Origin: an uncultured Bartonella sp.
Lineage (GTDB): Bacteria; Pseudomonadota; Alphaproteobacteria; Rhizobiales; Rhizobiaceae
Direction of reading: 5' to 3'
DNA: 64,000 nucleotides
NCBI GenBank assembly: GCA_946480935.1
Contig: CAMLLT010000001.1
Span: 1,889 to 65,888, forward strand
Part shown: positions 1 through 10,152 of the stretch, piece after piece
Layout: every line of letters begins with the position of its first letter
Numbering within the stretch: the first letter of the stretch is position 1
Made by a program: the position numbers and the translations under genes
The notes under the pieces: generated by a model
Database searches by the model: none
What the model saw: the letters and a program-made list of their open reading frames with translations, nothing else
Told to the model about the DNA's origin: nothing

Positions 1-305
1 ACCAATCACAAAACGATACAATTCTTGCTGTCGCACAGGGGCATATCGATGCAACTGTCTTGACCGAAAGCGTTGCGCAACTCGCTATCAATTCGGGTAA
101 TTATCCCGATCTCGTCATAACCGGAGTAGCGCCTTATATTCCGGACTATTACGCCATTGCGACAAAACGTGACGAATACGGCTTCATCAATTATCTTAAC
201 TTGTTTGTTCACCAGCAAGTACGTACCGGTCGTTATGCCGAGCTTTATAAAAAATGGTTCAAGAGCGAACCTGTCGATCTTACAATACCTTTAGTCTATC
301 GTTGA
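1..305 (+). CDS. Polar amino-acid ABC transporter substrate-binding protein, 3' part (starts before window)
   Basis: PBPb-type C-terminus (YYAIATKRDEYGFINYLNLFV...GRYAELYKKWF); cognate permeases and ATPase follow. Confidence 0.75.
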   Translation, partial: QSQNDTILAVAQGHIDATVLTESVAQLAINSGNYPDLVITGVAPYIPDYYAIATKRDEYGFINYLNLFVHQQVRTGRYAELYKKWFKSEPVDLTIPLVYR

Positions 306-348
306 ACCGCTAGTCTATCGTTAAACGGTTAGCCTATCGTTGATCGAA
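292..348. repeat. Three tandem imperfect 19-bp repeats copying the last codons of the SBP gene
   Basis: tagtctatcgttgaaccgc / tagtctatcgttaaacggt / tagcctatcgttgatcgaa. Confidence 0.85.
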
Positions 349-357
349 ACATGATAA

Positions 358-381
358 GGGCGAGTGGTCAAACACTCGTCC
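358..381 (+). terminator. Intercistronic stem-loop (mRNA stabiliser or weak terminator)
   Basis: gggcgagtg-gtcaaa-cactcgtcc stem, no U-tract. Confidence 0.4.
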
Positions 382-406
382 GGAAATAATCAATGAAATT
401 TTGTGA

Positions 407-2263
407 ATGAAGAGAATTGATGAGGGCTTCTCATCTTTACTCCGGATTACTGTCCAGGACATTTTGATGCAAGGATCACTCCAATATCCAGACCCGACTT
501 TTATTTCTGGAACAACCTATATTGATGGGAGTGTTTGCGGTGAGGTTCTCTATACGGAAACGCCATTAAGTTTTTGGGGCGGGATAGATCCTCAGACAGG
601 GAAAGTGATTGATAGCCATCATCCGCTTTGCGGGCAATCTATCTCGGGCAGGGTATTTGTTTTGCCATCCGGGCGTGGTTCATGCACAGGGAGCAGTATT
701 GTTCTGGAACTGCTTCTTAACGGTAAAGCACCTGCGGCACTTATTCTCTCTGAAATGGATAGTATATTACTGGCTGGCGTTCTCGTTGCCAAAATTTTCT
801 TTGGCCATTCTCTTCCTGTAATGGTGGTTCAAAAGGCAAAGTTTCAACGCATTGCCGAAATGGAACGGGTTAAGCTTTGCCATGATGGATTGATGGTAGC
901 CCGAGAGGTTGATGAGGAGAATATTCATCCCGAAGAACTTTCGCTTGCAGAATTTCCGTCACTTGATCTGACATCATATGATCAGGAATTGCTTTCGGGA
1001 AAACATGGCGAAGCTGCCAGACTTGCCATGACAGTTGTTTGTAAAATGGCTGTTTTTCAAAATGCGAGATCTTTAATCAATGTTCAACAAGCACATATTG
1101 ACGCCTGTATTTATACCGGCAAAGGCGCTCTCGCTTTTTCGGAAAAGCTGAAAATGCTTGATGCCAGAGTGGCTGTTCCGACAACGCTGAACGCTATTTC
1201 GATTGATCTTCTGAATAGAAGCCGTCAGCCGGTTCCAGAAAAGATTGCCCTTCCGGCGAAGCGTCTTGCTGAAAATTATTTGGCAATTGGAGCTGAAGAA
1301 AGTTTTACTTGTGCACCCTATCTGCTTTGTTCTGCTCCGTCGAAAGGGCAGGAAATCGGTTGGGCAGAATCGAATGCAGTTGTTTATGCCAATAGTATTA
1401 TCGGGGCTCATAGCCAAAAAAATCCGGACTTTATGGATGCTTGCATTGCAATTACCGGACGCGCACCGAAGACTGGGTGCCATTTAAAAGCCAACAGGAT
1501 ACCAACCATCCGAATTATTGTTGAAAAGCCGGAAGCCATTGATGACTCTTTCTATCCTTTGCTTGGCTACCAGATAGGGTTGATTTCGGGTTCGCATATC
1601 CCTTTGATCAAAGGTTTATCCGGACTTCATCCAAATCGGGATAATTTGAAAGCAATGTCTGCGGCATTCGCCACAACCTCTGCAGCTCCGATGTTTCATA
1701 TTGAAGGTGTAACCGCAGAAATTTCGGATAATCGCGATTGGCTTGATCTCGATTTGGAAACTTTTCGCATCGGGCGGGAAGAGCTATTAGAAGCATGGCA
1801 TGTTCTGAACGGGAATGCGGGCAATAAAAATGCCGATAATGCACCGGCATATGACAAAATTGATCTTGTAGCACTCGGCAATCCCCATTTTTCGCTTGAG
1901 GAAGCACTCCTGCTTGCGAAACTTTGTCAAAACAAAACCAGATCTCACAATACAGGTCTTTACATTACTATGGGTCGGCATTGTTTGAGCAAACTTGAAA
2001 AGCATCAATCTTTCCAAAGTCTTCAAGATTTTGGTGCCACAATTATAACAGATACATGTTGGTGCATGATTGGTGCACCAATTATCAAGAACAATCATAA
2101 AACTATTCTTACAAATTCAGGGAAATATGCCCATTACGGGGCAGGATTGACAAAATGCGCTATGCGTTTTTCCGATCTTGCCAATTGCGTTCAAGCGGCA
2201 GTCGAAGGAAAATTTGAAGTAAAACCACCGTATTGGCTTACGGCTCATGGAAACGAAAGTTAA
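407..2263 (+). CDS. acnX: Aconitase X, fused type I (cis-3-hydroxy-L-proline dehydratase-like); start may be ATG 467
   Basis: Swivel domain (LSFWGGIDP...GRGSCTGS) fused to catalytic domain (CAPY, WAESNAV, LGNPHFS, DTCWCM, NSGKYAHY). Confidence 0.85.
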   Translation: MKRIDEGFSSLLRITVQDILMQGSLQYPDPTFISGTTYIDGSVCGEVLYTETPLSFWGGIDPQTGKVIDSHHPLCGQSISGRVFVLPSGRGSCTGSSIVLELLLNGKAPAALILSEMDSILLAGVLVAKIFFGHSLPVMVVQKAKFQRIAEMERVKLCHDGLMVAREVDEENIHPEELSLAEFPSLDLTSYDQELLSGKHGEAARLAMTVVCKMAVFQNARSLINVQQAHIDACIYTGKGALAFSEKLKMLDARVAVPTTLNAISIDLLNRSRQPVPEKIALPAKRLAENYLAIGAEESFTCAPYLLCSAPSKGQEIGWAESNAVVYANSIIGAHSQKNPDFMDACIAITGRAPKTGCHLKANRIPTIRIIVEKPEAIDDSFYPLLGYQIGLISGSHIPLIKGLSGLHPNRDNLKAMSAAFATTSAAPMFHIEGVTAEISDNRDWLDLDLETFRIGREELLEAWHVLNGNAGNKNADNAPAYDKIDLVALGNPHFSLEEALLLAKLCQNKTRSHNTGLYITMGRHCLSKLEKHQSFQSLQDFGATIITDTCWCMIGAPIIKNNHKTILTNSGKYAHYGAGLTKCAMRFSDLANCVQAAVEGKFEVKPPYWLTAHGNES

Positions 2264-2267
2264 AGCC

Positions 2268-2933
2268 ATGTTCAATTATAAATTCCAGTGGGGTACAGTT
2301 TGGCAACATATCAACCAGCTTCTGGCAGGAGCCTGGGTTAGCCTTTATACAACAGCCATTTGTATGGTCTTATCGATCCTCATAGGGCTGGTTCTGTTGG
2401 TTATGAGGCGCTCCGCCAATCGCCCGCTTAAGGCAATCGCCATCACCTGGATATCAATTGCCCGCAATACACCGGCGCTTTTACAGCTTTATTTTTTATA
2501 TTTCGGTTTTGGCGCATTCGGTATTTTTATCTCGTCCTGGTGGGCTTTATTGATTGGTATAACATTCAACAGTGCCGGATATTTGGCAGAAAATTTCCGT
2601 GGTGGTTTGCAGGCCGTTCCCGATACACAGACACGCGCCGCCCGTTCATTGGGGATGACAGCATTCCAGTCCTTTCACCTTGTCGTGGTTCCCCAACTTC
2701 TGCGGGTTGTCTATTATCCGTTGACCAATCAGTTGATCTGGGCGCTTCTGATGACATCGCTCGGTGTTGTTGTCGGATTGGACAAAGATTTGATGGCAGT
2801 TACCAAAACTTTGGCTGACTCTTCCTACCGCACATTCGAATATTTCTTCGCCGCTGCAGTCATTTATTACGTCATGTCAAAAATGCTGCTTATCCTCGCC
2901 AGATTATCGGCATGGAAAATTCTGAGATATTGA
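2268..2933 (+). CDS. Amino-acid ABC transporter permease (HisM/GlnP family)
   Basis: RNTPALLQL, AYLAENFRGGL...AARSLGM EAA loop; ATG 2268 preferred over 2247. Confidence 0.9.
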   Translation: MFNYKFQWGTVWQHINQLLAGAWVSLYTTAICMVLSILIGLVLLVMRRSANRPLKAIAITWISIARNTPALLQLYFLYFGFGAFGIFISSWWALLIGITFNSAGYLAENFRGGLQAVPDTQTRAARSLGMTAFQSFHLVVVPQLLRVVYYPLTNQLIWALLMTSLGVVVGLDKDLMAVTKTLADSSYRTFEYFFAAAVIYYVMSKMLLILARLSAWKILRY

Positions 2934-2946
2934 TGGGGAGGGACAG

Positions 2947-3597
2947 ATGTTTACAACAAAACTTACCTGGAGCGATCTTGTCTATCTTTCAAATGGTGCT
3001 CTTGTCACGATAGAACTGACTGTGGCGGCAATGGCTATCGGTACGGTTTTAGGAATTGTATTCGGTTTCATTCGCGCAGGAATGCCGAAAATATCCATGC
3101 CGCTAGCGTGGTTTCTGGATATTCCCCGTTGTGTACCGTTGCCAATACAATTTGTCTTGTTCAATTCTTTCAAGACCGTTATTGGCATTAAATGGAGTGC
3201 TTTCACGGTTGCCTGCTTTGTGCTCGGCCTTTACACGGCTTCTTACTGTACCGAAGTTGTGCGGGGAGGCATTTTGGCCGTGCCGGGAAATTTGCGTAGA
3301 GCGAGCCGTTCTCTTGGTTTGAGCTGGTGGCAGGATGTCTTTTATATTGTCATACCGCTTGCGGTCAGAGTAGGCTTTTCCGGTTGGCTCAATCTTACCC
3401 TTTCGGTCATGAAAGATACCTCTCTGGTTTTCTGGATAGGAATTATCGAGCTGCTCCGCGCATCCCAACAATTGAATATAAGATTGAACGAGCCATTCGT
3501 AATCTTCTTCCTGGCAGGGATTTTTTATTACGTCATTAGTTGGGTCGTTTCCAACATTGGTTCGCGTTTTGAAAATAAATGGGTGATAAATGATTGA
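2947..3597 (+). CDS. Amino-acid ABC transporter permease
   Basis: EVVRGGILAVP...SRSLGLS, KDTSL motif. Confidence 0.9.
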   Translation: MFTTKLTWSDLVYLSNGALVTIELTVAAMAIGTVLGIVFGFIRAGMPKISMPLAWFLDIPRCVPLPIQFVLFNSFKTVIGIKWSAFTVACFVLGLYTASYCTEVVRGGILAVPGNLRRASRSLGLSWWQDVFYIVIPLAVRVGFSGWLNLTLSVMKDTSLVFWIGIIELLRASQQLNIRLNEPFVIFFLAGIFYYVISWVVSNIGSRFENKWVIND

Positions 3598-4312
3598 GAT
3601 TGATAATGTTCATAAATCCTTTGGTGCCTTGAAGGTTCTCAAAGGCGTTTCAATGACTGTTAACAAGGGTGAAGTTGTTTCCATTATCGGCGGTTCGGGA
3701 TCAGGAAAGTCGACACTGTTGATGTGTATTAACGGTCTCGAAAAAATTGATAGCGGCGCGATCAAAGTCGACGGTACGGATGTATTTTCGCCTTCTACCA
3801 ATCTTGACAAATTAAGACAGAAAATCGGCATTGTTTTTCAACAATGGAATGCATTCCCGCATTTGACAGTTATAGAGAACGTTTCATTGGCGCCTCGTAA
3901 AGTCTTGAAAATGTCGAAACAACAGGCAAGGGAAATTGCCATCAAACAGTTAGAACATGTCGGTTTGGGGCAAAAGCTTGATGTATATCCAAATAAATTA
4001 TCCGGTGGACAGCAACAACGTATGGCGATTGCCCGTGCACTTGCCATGTCTCCGGATTATATGCTTTTCGATGAGGCGACCTCCGCTCTTGACCCGCAAC
4101 TTGTTGGAGAGGTTTTGGATACTATGCGCCTGCTTGCAGAAGAAGGAATGACAATGGTTCTTGTTACCCATGAAATTTCCTTTGCCAGAGATGTTTCGAA
4201 CCGCGTGGCTTTTTTCCACCAAGGTCAAATCCACGAAATCGGCACTCCCGATGAGGTCATCAGAAATCCACAACGTCCGGAAACAGTCGCTTTTCTCCAG
4301 TCTGTTCGCTAA
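3590..4312 (+). CDS. Amino-acid ABC transporter ATP-binding protein (GlnQ family)
   Basis: GGSGSGKST, LSGGQQQR, FDEATSALDP. Confidence 0.95.
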   Translation: MIEIDNVHKSFGALKVLKGVSMTVNKGEVVSIIGGSGSGKSTLLMCINGLEKIDSGAIKVDGTDVFSPSTNLDKLRQKIGIVFQQWNAFPHLTVIENVSLAPRKVLKMSKQQAREIAIKQLEHVGLGQKLDVYPNKLSGGQQQRMAIARALAMSPDYMLFDEATSALDPQLVGEVLDTMRLLAEEGMTMVLVTHEISFARDVSNRVAFFHQGQIHEIGTPDEVIRNPQRPETVAFLQSVR

Positions 4313-5603
4313 TGATAATAATATAAAGTTATGTTTGAGAAACTATATCTATCGTGACTGGAAAGAACGAATCTTTCAGGAAGGTTAGCTTGCGGAACCC
4401 CTGAAGTCGAAAGTAAAATTTTATTTTAGGTTAAAAGGTTGAATATAATTATATGATGAATATTTTTGTATTTTTTTAAATACGTTTGTTGTTTTTTGAC
4501 TTGTTTATTTTTAATTTAACATAAAAATTATATTAAATATTTTTTTAAATTATTATAAGTGTAAAATTCCATAATAATTAAATTTTTTATTATAAATGTT
4601 GACGTTTATCCATATTTTTTTATTGAACCTTGTTCGTTTTTAAATGTTGGCGATGAAAGTAAATGGAGGGCAGCATAAAGATGGGTAGAAAGAGAATTTA
4701 AGGGAAGTTAATTTAGATTTAGAAGCCTTTTATAAAAGAAAAATCTTATCAATTAACCGGTTTTCGATGTTCCGATCAACACGTTGCTTCTTTAATGTGC
4801 GATATTTTTTTATTTAAATTCGATAACAAAGAAAGCAGCGGTCTGTCTTGAACTTTGTGGATATCAAAAATAGATGATAGCATATTCCGAGATATGATGA
4901 AGAGGATAGAGCCTTCTTTATAGGCGTTAATTTTTCTCCGATTACAAGTTAGCGCAACTCGCCTTTTCATTTATCTTTGAAAAAATCCTGCGGATGGAAA
5001 ACTCGTACGGAAGAAAAGTTTCAAAGATTATAGCTTCTTTCCCGGATGTTTTTTCAACTTAAAAACAACCGTTTTCTATGAGGAAGACGCAGTTTCGTAA
5101 AATCGGAAAACGATGTGACAAAGTGGGTTGGTGCACAAATTCATATTGCGAGTGGCGGTTTAGGACAAGCTGTAAATGCCTGATAGGAATGCGCAAGTGT
5201 AAATTCGAAAATTCAAACTTTGACTAATGAGAAGAATAAAAGCAGCGCCGAAGATGCAGGTCTTTAGCAGAGATACGGGCGAGATCTATTGCTTGGATAC
5301 CCTATGTCGGCGTCGTCATAACGCAACTGATTTTTCTTTTTGAACTCTTTATCCTTGCTATTTATATGCTTAAACTAGGAAATTTAAATAATTGAAATAA
5401 TTATAAATTATTTATTTTATATATATTGGAATGAATAAAATTTTTTTTAAATAAAACATATAAAACAATTTACATATTATAAAAAATATATCGTGCTTTA
5501 CGAAGTGGTGCACGTATCACCGTTAATTTATTTTTCAAATATCAAGTAATCCATATACTGATAAAGAATTTCATAAAAACAGTGTGTTTGGGGGAGAAAT
5601 TAT

Positions 5604-6341
5604 ATGTATAACTTCAGCAATAAAACATTGGTTTTGACAGGTGCCAATGGCGGCATAGGACGTGAAGTTGCCAAAACGTTTTATGAAGATGGAGCAAATC
5701 TTTTATTGGCTGATACTGACAAGACTAAATTGGAGGAATTTCTCCATTCAATAAACGCTGATGATAGCCGTGTTGCTACAATAGCTGTGGATGTGGCAAA
5801 CCCTGATGATAATGACCGGCTCATCGAGCTCGCTAAAATCAGATATGGTACTGTAGATTTCGTTGTTCCCTGTGCCGGAATCTATCCAGCTTTATCTTTC
5901 GAAAAAATGGATGACGAACAATGGCATCACGTCATTTCAATCAATCTAGATGGTGTATTTTACCTCTTACGTCGGATTGTCAATTTGTTGGGTGACAATT
6001 CCTCTATTGTAAATTTATCTTCGGTTGCAGCGTTTCGCGGCGCACAAATAAACGCCCATTATGCTGCAACAAAAGGGGCCTTGGTAAGCCTGACAAAAAG
6101 TTTGGCAAAAGAACTCGGGCCCAAAACCCGCGTCAATGCTGTAGCGCCAGGGATCATCGAAACAGCCATGACGAAAGATCTATTAAAAACACGTGCTGAA
6201 GAATCTATCAATTCTTCAGCATTGAAGAGATTGGGGAAACCGAACGAAATAGCAACGGTCATCGCATTCCTATGCAGTGATGCTGCAAGTTTTATCACGG
6301 GCGAAACGATCCATGTAAATGGCGGAATCTATATGGGATAG
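5604..6341 (+). CDS. Classical SDR oxidoreductase (FabG-like)
   Basis: TGANGGIG, YAATK, VNAVAPG; GGGGAG RBS. Confidence 0.92.
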   Translation: MYNFSNKTLVLTGANGGIGREVAKTFYEDGANLLLADTDKTKLEEFLHSINADDSRVATIAVDVANPDDNDRLIELAKIRYGTVDFVVPCAGIYPALSFEKMDDEQWHHVISINLDGVFYLLRRIVNLLGDNSSIVNLSSVAAFRGAQINAHYAATKGALVSLTKSLAKELGPKTRVNAVAPGIIETAMTKDLLKTRAEESINSSALKRLGKPNEIATVIAFLCSDAASFITGETIHVNGGIYMG

Positions 6342-6394
6342 AGAATATTCGAATTGCGTTTAGCTGGAGGATTACAAAAGTGGAGGGACAAAAA

Positions 6395-7141
6395 ATGCTA
6401 CGAGGAAAGCGTGTTTTGATTACGGGGGGTGGACGTGGCCTGGGGGCGGCAATTGCACATGGAATGGCCTTACAAGGTGCATCGATTGATCTTGTCGATA
6501 TTGACCAATCCACGCTTACACAGCAGGTGGAAAAACTGCGTAATGAAGGCTTTGATGTAACTGGTCGGGTGCTTGATATAAGTGATCGTAAAGCAGTTGA
6601 TGAGTTTGCGAAACGATTTACAATGGATTACGACGGGTTGGATGTACTAGTTAATAACGCCGGTATAGCTGGGCAAGCCAATTTTGACACCAACGAAGTG
6701 GTTCAAGTCTGGGATAAAATTATTGCAGTCAATCTGCAAGGAGCATTCAATGTTTCTCATGCATTCGTACCGGCTTTAAAAAAGAAGAAAGGGAATGTTG
6801 TACACCTTTGTTCGGTAGTAGGATTCGTTGCGGGGGGATCGACGACAGCCTATATTGTCTCCAAAGGCGCTATACGTTCTCTTACCCAAGCTATGGCGCG
6901 GGATTTGGCACCTCATGGAATTCGTGTCAACGCTGTTGCACCCGGTATTATGGCTAGCGATATGGGACTTGCTCTTATGAACAGGCCCCATGGTGCTGAT
7001 TGGTTTATAAACCGTGTTATGCTCGGGCGCATAGGCGATGTAGAAGAGGTTGTACCTCCTGTTATTTTTCTATCCTCATCAATGGCAAGCTACATCACGG
7101 GCACGATTTTACCGGTTGATGGTGGTTTTTTAGCGGCTTGA
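6395..7141 (+). CDS. Classical SDR oxidoreductase (alternative GTG start 6380)
   Basis: TGGGRGLG, NNAG, YIVSK, VDGG. Confidence 0.92.
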   Translation: MLRGKRVLITGGGRGLGAAIAHGMALQGASIDLVDIDQSTLTQQVEKLRNEGFDVTGRVLDISDRKAVDEFAKRFTMDYDGLDVLVNNAGIAGQANFDTNEVVQVWDKIIAVNLQGAFNVSHAFVPALKKKKGNVVHLCSVVGFVAGGSTTAYIVSKGAIRSLTQAMARDLAPHGIRVNAVAPGIMASDMGLALMNRPHGADWFINRVMLGRIGDVEEVVPPVIFLSSSMASYITGTILPVDGGFLAA

Positions 7142-7183
7142 TGAACCATTCCATTGCTCAATTCAGCTATGAGGACATAAACT

Positions 7184-9367
7184 ATGCCTACATTCAAAAA
7201 TCTGCTTCCGGCCTCGTCTTGGCGCGAAATAAATACAACAGCAGAAGATTGGAACACTCTCGACCCGACACTTGGCAAAACGATGCTGGTTCAAGAACAT
7301 TTAATCAGGGCGTTTGAAGAAAAAGTTCTCGATCTTTCCCGTGTTGATCTTATTCACGGTCCGGCACATTCGGCTATTGGTCAGGAGGGCGGCGCTGTAG
7401 GATCGGTGATATCACTTATAAAAGGCGATGAAATCGACGGTTCACATCGCGGTCATCATCAGTTTTATGCGAAGGCATTGTCTTACATAGAACCGGATGG
7501 GATAGCGATTGATCAAGATTTTCCGACAGCCGTTTTTGATGTCACCAAAAAAACTTTGGCAGAAATTATGGGGTTGAAACAGGGATTTTGCCGCGGGCGG
7601 GGTGGTTCGATGCATCTACGCTGGGCTGAAGCCGGAAACCTTGGAACAAATGCAATTGTAGGCGGAGGTGTGCCGATAGCTGCAGGAGCAGCATTTGCTA
7701 TCAAACAAGCCGAAAAAAACAATGTTGTTTATACCTATTTTGGTGACGGTGCTACCAATATAGGTTCAGTTCTTGAAACGATGAATCTTGCAGCGGCATG
7801 GAAATTGCCATTATGTTTTTTTATAGAAAACAATCGATATGCTGTATCCACAAATGTGGAGGAAGCAACCGCTGAAACACGCCTTTCCGCACGTGGACTT
7901 GCTTTTGCAATACCGGCACTGAAAGTTGACGGTACAGATACGCTTGCAGTTTATCTGGCCGCACAAGAAGCGAACCGGATTATGCGCTCGGGGAACGGTC
8001 CCGCCATCATCGAGGCTGATGTATACCGTTACTTCCACCAGAGTGGGCCACTTCCGGGAAGTGCTTTCGGTTACCGGTCAAAGCAGGAAGAGGCTGAATG
8101 GCGTAAACGCGATGCGTTGGATAAATTAGCCAATGAACTGATGAAACGTCAAATCATCGGTGAACAGGCAGTCGACAGACTACGCAAGCGGTGCGTTGAC
8201 TTAATGGAAAACGTAGCAAATGAACTGACAGAAAATTTCGAAGGGAAAAAGAGAATTATTCCTTCACTGTGGCCTGACAAGCAGTTTCGTGACTTCGGAC
8301 TAAGAGGTGATTTAAGCGAATTTAACGGAAAACGCTTTGAAGAAGAGAAAACTTATAAAGGAACAGTGAAAAAAAATGTGAAATTCATCGACGTTGTTTC
8401 AAGAACGATGTTGCGAAGAATGGAAACAGATGAACGAATTGTTGTTATGGGAGAAGATGTTCACCGTTTGAATGGTGGAACAGACGGAGCAACCCGTGGT
8501 TTGGTGGAGAGGTTTCCAAATCGTATTTTTGGTACGCCGATAAGCGAGAATGCTTTCACCGGACTTGCTGGAGGTATCGCCGCCGATGGGCGATTTATTC
8601 CGGTTATAGAATATATGTATCCAGATTTTATGTGGGTTGCAGCAGATCAACTTTTCAATCAAATCGGCAAGGCTAGACATATGTTTGGCGGAGAAACCGA
8701 TATGCCGCTGGTGTTGCGCACAAAAATAGCCATGGGAACCGGATATGGTTCTCAACATTCCATGGATCCTGCCGGTATTTTTGCGACTTCGGTCGGCTGG
8801 CGAATATTGGCTCCGTCAACGCCATTTGACTATATAGGACTAATGAATTCGGCACTATTGTGTCGTGATCCTGTTTTAGTGCTGGAACATGTCGATCTAT
8901 ATGCTTCCTATGGAACTGCTCCGGTTGACGATTTTGATTATTACATTCCCTTTGGCAAAGCGCGGATTGCACGAGAAGGGCAAATGCTCACCATTTTAAC
9001 CTATCTTTCAATGGTCAAAGAGTGCACTGATGTGGTCGAGAAATTGGGTATTGATGCGGAAATAATCGATTTACGCAGTCTGGATAGAGCAAGCATTGAC
9101 TGGAAAACTATTGAGGCGTCTGTCCAGAAAACAAACAATGTCGTCATTGTTGAACAAGGTTCAATCGGAACTTCTTACGGTGGTATGCTTGCTGATGAAC
9201 TTCAACGACGTTGTTTTGATTGGTTGGATCAACCGGTCAAAAGAATTCTTGGTGGAGAGGCCTCACCAAGTATTTCCAAGGTTCTTGAAGAAGTTGCCTG
9301 TGCAAATCATTCATATATTGAAAAAACGTTACGTCAAATGATGTCTGACCAAGGTTGGCCTCTGTAA
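7184..9367 (+). CDS. Fused E1 alpha/beta TPP-dependent 2-oxoacid/acetoin dehydrogenase component
   Basis: GRGGSMH, TPP motif GDGATN...ENN, beta-domain GEDV, TPISE, SQHS, EIIDLRSL. Confidence 0.92.
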   Translation: MPTFKNLLPASSWREINTTAEDWNTLDPTLGKTMLVQEHLIRAFEEKVLDLSRVDLIHGPAHSAIGQEGGAVGSVISLIKGDEIDGSHRGHHQFYAKALSYIEPDGIAIDQDFPTAVFDVTKKTLAEIMGLKQGFCRGRGGSMHLRWAEAGNLGTNAIVGGGVPIAAGAAFAIKQAEKNNVVYTYFGDGATNIGSVLETMNLAAAWKLPLCFFIENNRYAVSTNVEEATAETRLSARGLAFAIPALKVDGTDTLAVYLAAQEANRIMRSGNGPAIIEADVYRYFHQSGPLPGSAFGYRSKQEEAEWRKRDALDKLANELMKRQIIGEQAVDRLRKRCVDLMENVANELTENFEGKKRIIPSLWPDKQFRDFGLRGDLSEFNGKRFEEEKTYKGTVKKNVKFIDVVSRTMLRRMETDERIVVMGEDVHRLNGGTDGATRGLVERFPNRIFGTPISENAFTGLAGGIAADGRFIPVIEYMYPDFMWVAADQLFNQIGKARHMFGGETDMPLVLRTKIAMGTGYGSQHSMDPAGIFATSVGWRILAPSTPFDYIGLMNSALLCRDPVLVLEHVDLYASYGTAPVDDFDYYIPFGKARIAREGQMLTILTYLSMVKECTDVVEKLGIDAEIIDLRSLDRASIDWKTIEASVQKTNNVVIVEQGSIGTSYGGMLADELQRRCFDWLDQPVKRILGGEASPSISKVLEEVACANHSYIEKTLRQMMSDQGWPL

Positions 9368-9629
9368 CTTTCAGAACTGCTATTTCACTACAGGAATGAC
9401 GAAGGCTTCTCTCTGTGTAGAAGCGGATTTCAATCTGGAAGACGCCTTCCAGCGATCATCTTTGAATATATTTCGTGGGCAAGCACAATGCTTTTGACAA
9501 ATCGATAACCAAGAAAAAGATCATACTCGTTTTAAAGCTGTCTTTAAAGGAGTAACGCGTATTATCCTTGAACAATTCAGGCTTGAGCCAATGTGATTGA
9601 AGCAACACAGTTTGATTACACGAAACTAT

Positions 9630-9660
9630 TCTGCCAATCTTAACAAGAGAGATTGGCAGA
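9630..9660. terminator. 11-bp inverted repeat between convergent genes
   Basis: tctgccaatct-N9-agattggcaga. Confidence 0.45.
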
Positions 9661-9801
9661 CATTTCTGTAATTTTGACCACACAAGCCGAAGCGCACAAA
9701 ACATAAATCGTTTTTTCTGATATTGATTTTCCTAGCCGGTTCGAAAATTGAGGCAGAGTTCGGCATCAAAAACTTGATGTAAAGTCGAAATCGAACGTGG
9801 A

Positions 9802-10152
9802 TTAGTCAATTTTATATGTCTGTTTTTCAAAGCTGTAATCACGTTCCACTTTCGCAATGCGGATGACGTAATGGGAATAAAATATTTCCCGACCGAGTTT
9901 CTTGGCGAGTTTATGGTCAACATTTGCTTTCCAAGCCTTCATGCTCGCTTCATCTTTCCAGAACGAGTTGGTAATGCCAAAACCGTCAGCACTACGGGCA
10001 CTTTCAGCACCAAGGCACCCCGGTTGCTGTAACGCCAGTTCTTCCATTGCCTTCGCCATTTCTGCGTAACCATTGTCTCCTTCTGTTCTTCGGGAAGAAA
10101 AAGCAACAATGTAATAGGGAGGACTGGGCGTTTTCGAAAAAAACTTTGTCAT
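9802..10152 (-). CDS. Antibiotic-biosynthesis-monooxygenase (ABM) domain protein, YqjZ/HmoA-like
   Basis: PPYYIVAFSS...QQPGCLGAESAR...GITNSFW...AWK..VDH...Y.IRIAKVER. Confidence 0.85.
   Translation of the reverse strand: MTKFFSKTPSPPYYIVAFSSRRTEGDNGYAEMAKAMEELALQQPGCLGAESARSADGFGITNSFWKDEASMKAWKANVDHKLAKKLGREIFYSHYVIRIAKVERDYSFEKQTYKID

Noticed and set aside
292-348. Possible mini-CRISPR
   Set aside because: Units are 19 bp, directly abutting with no spacers, and there are no cas genes.
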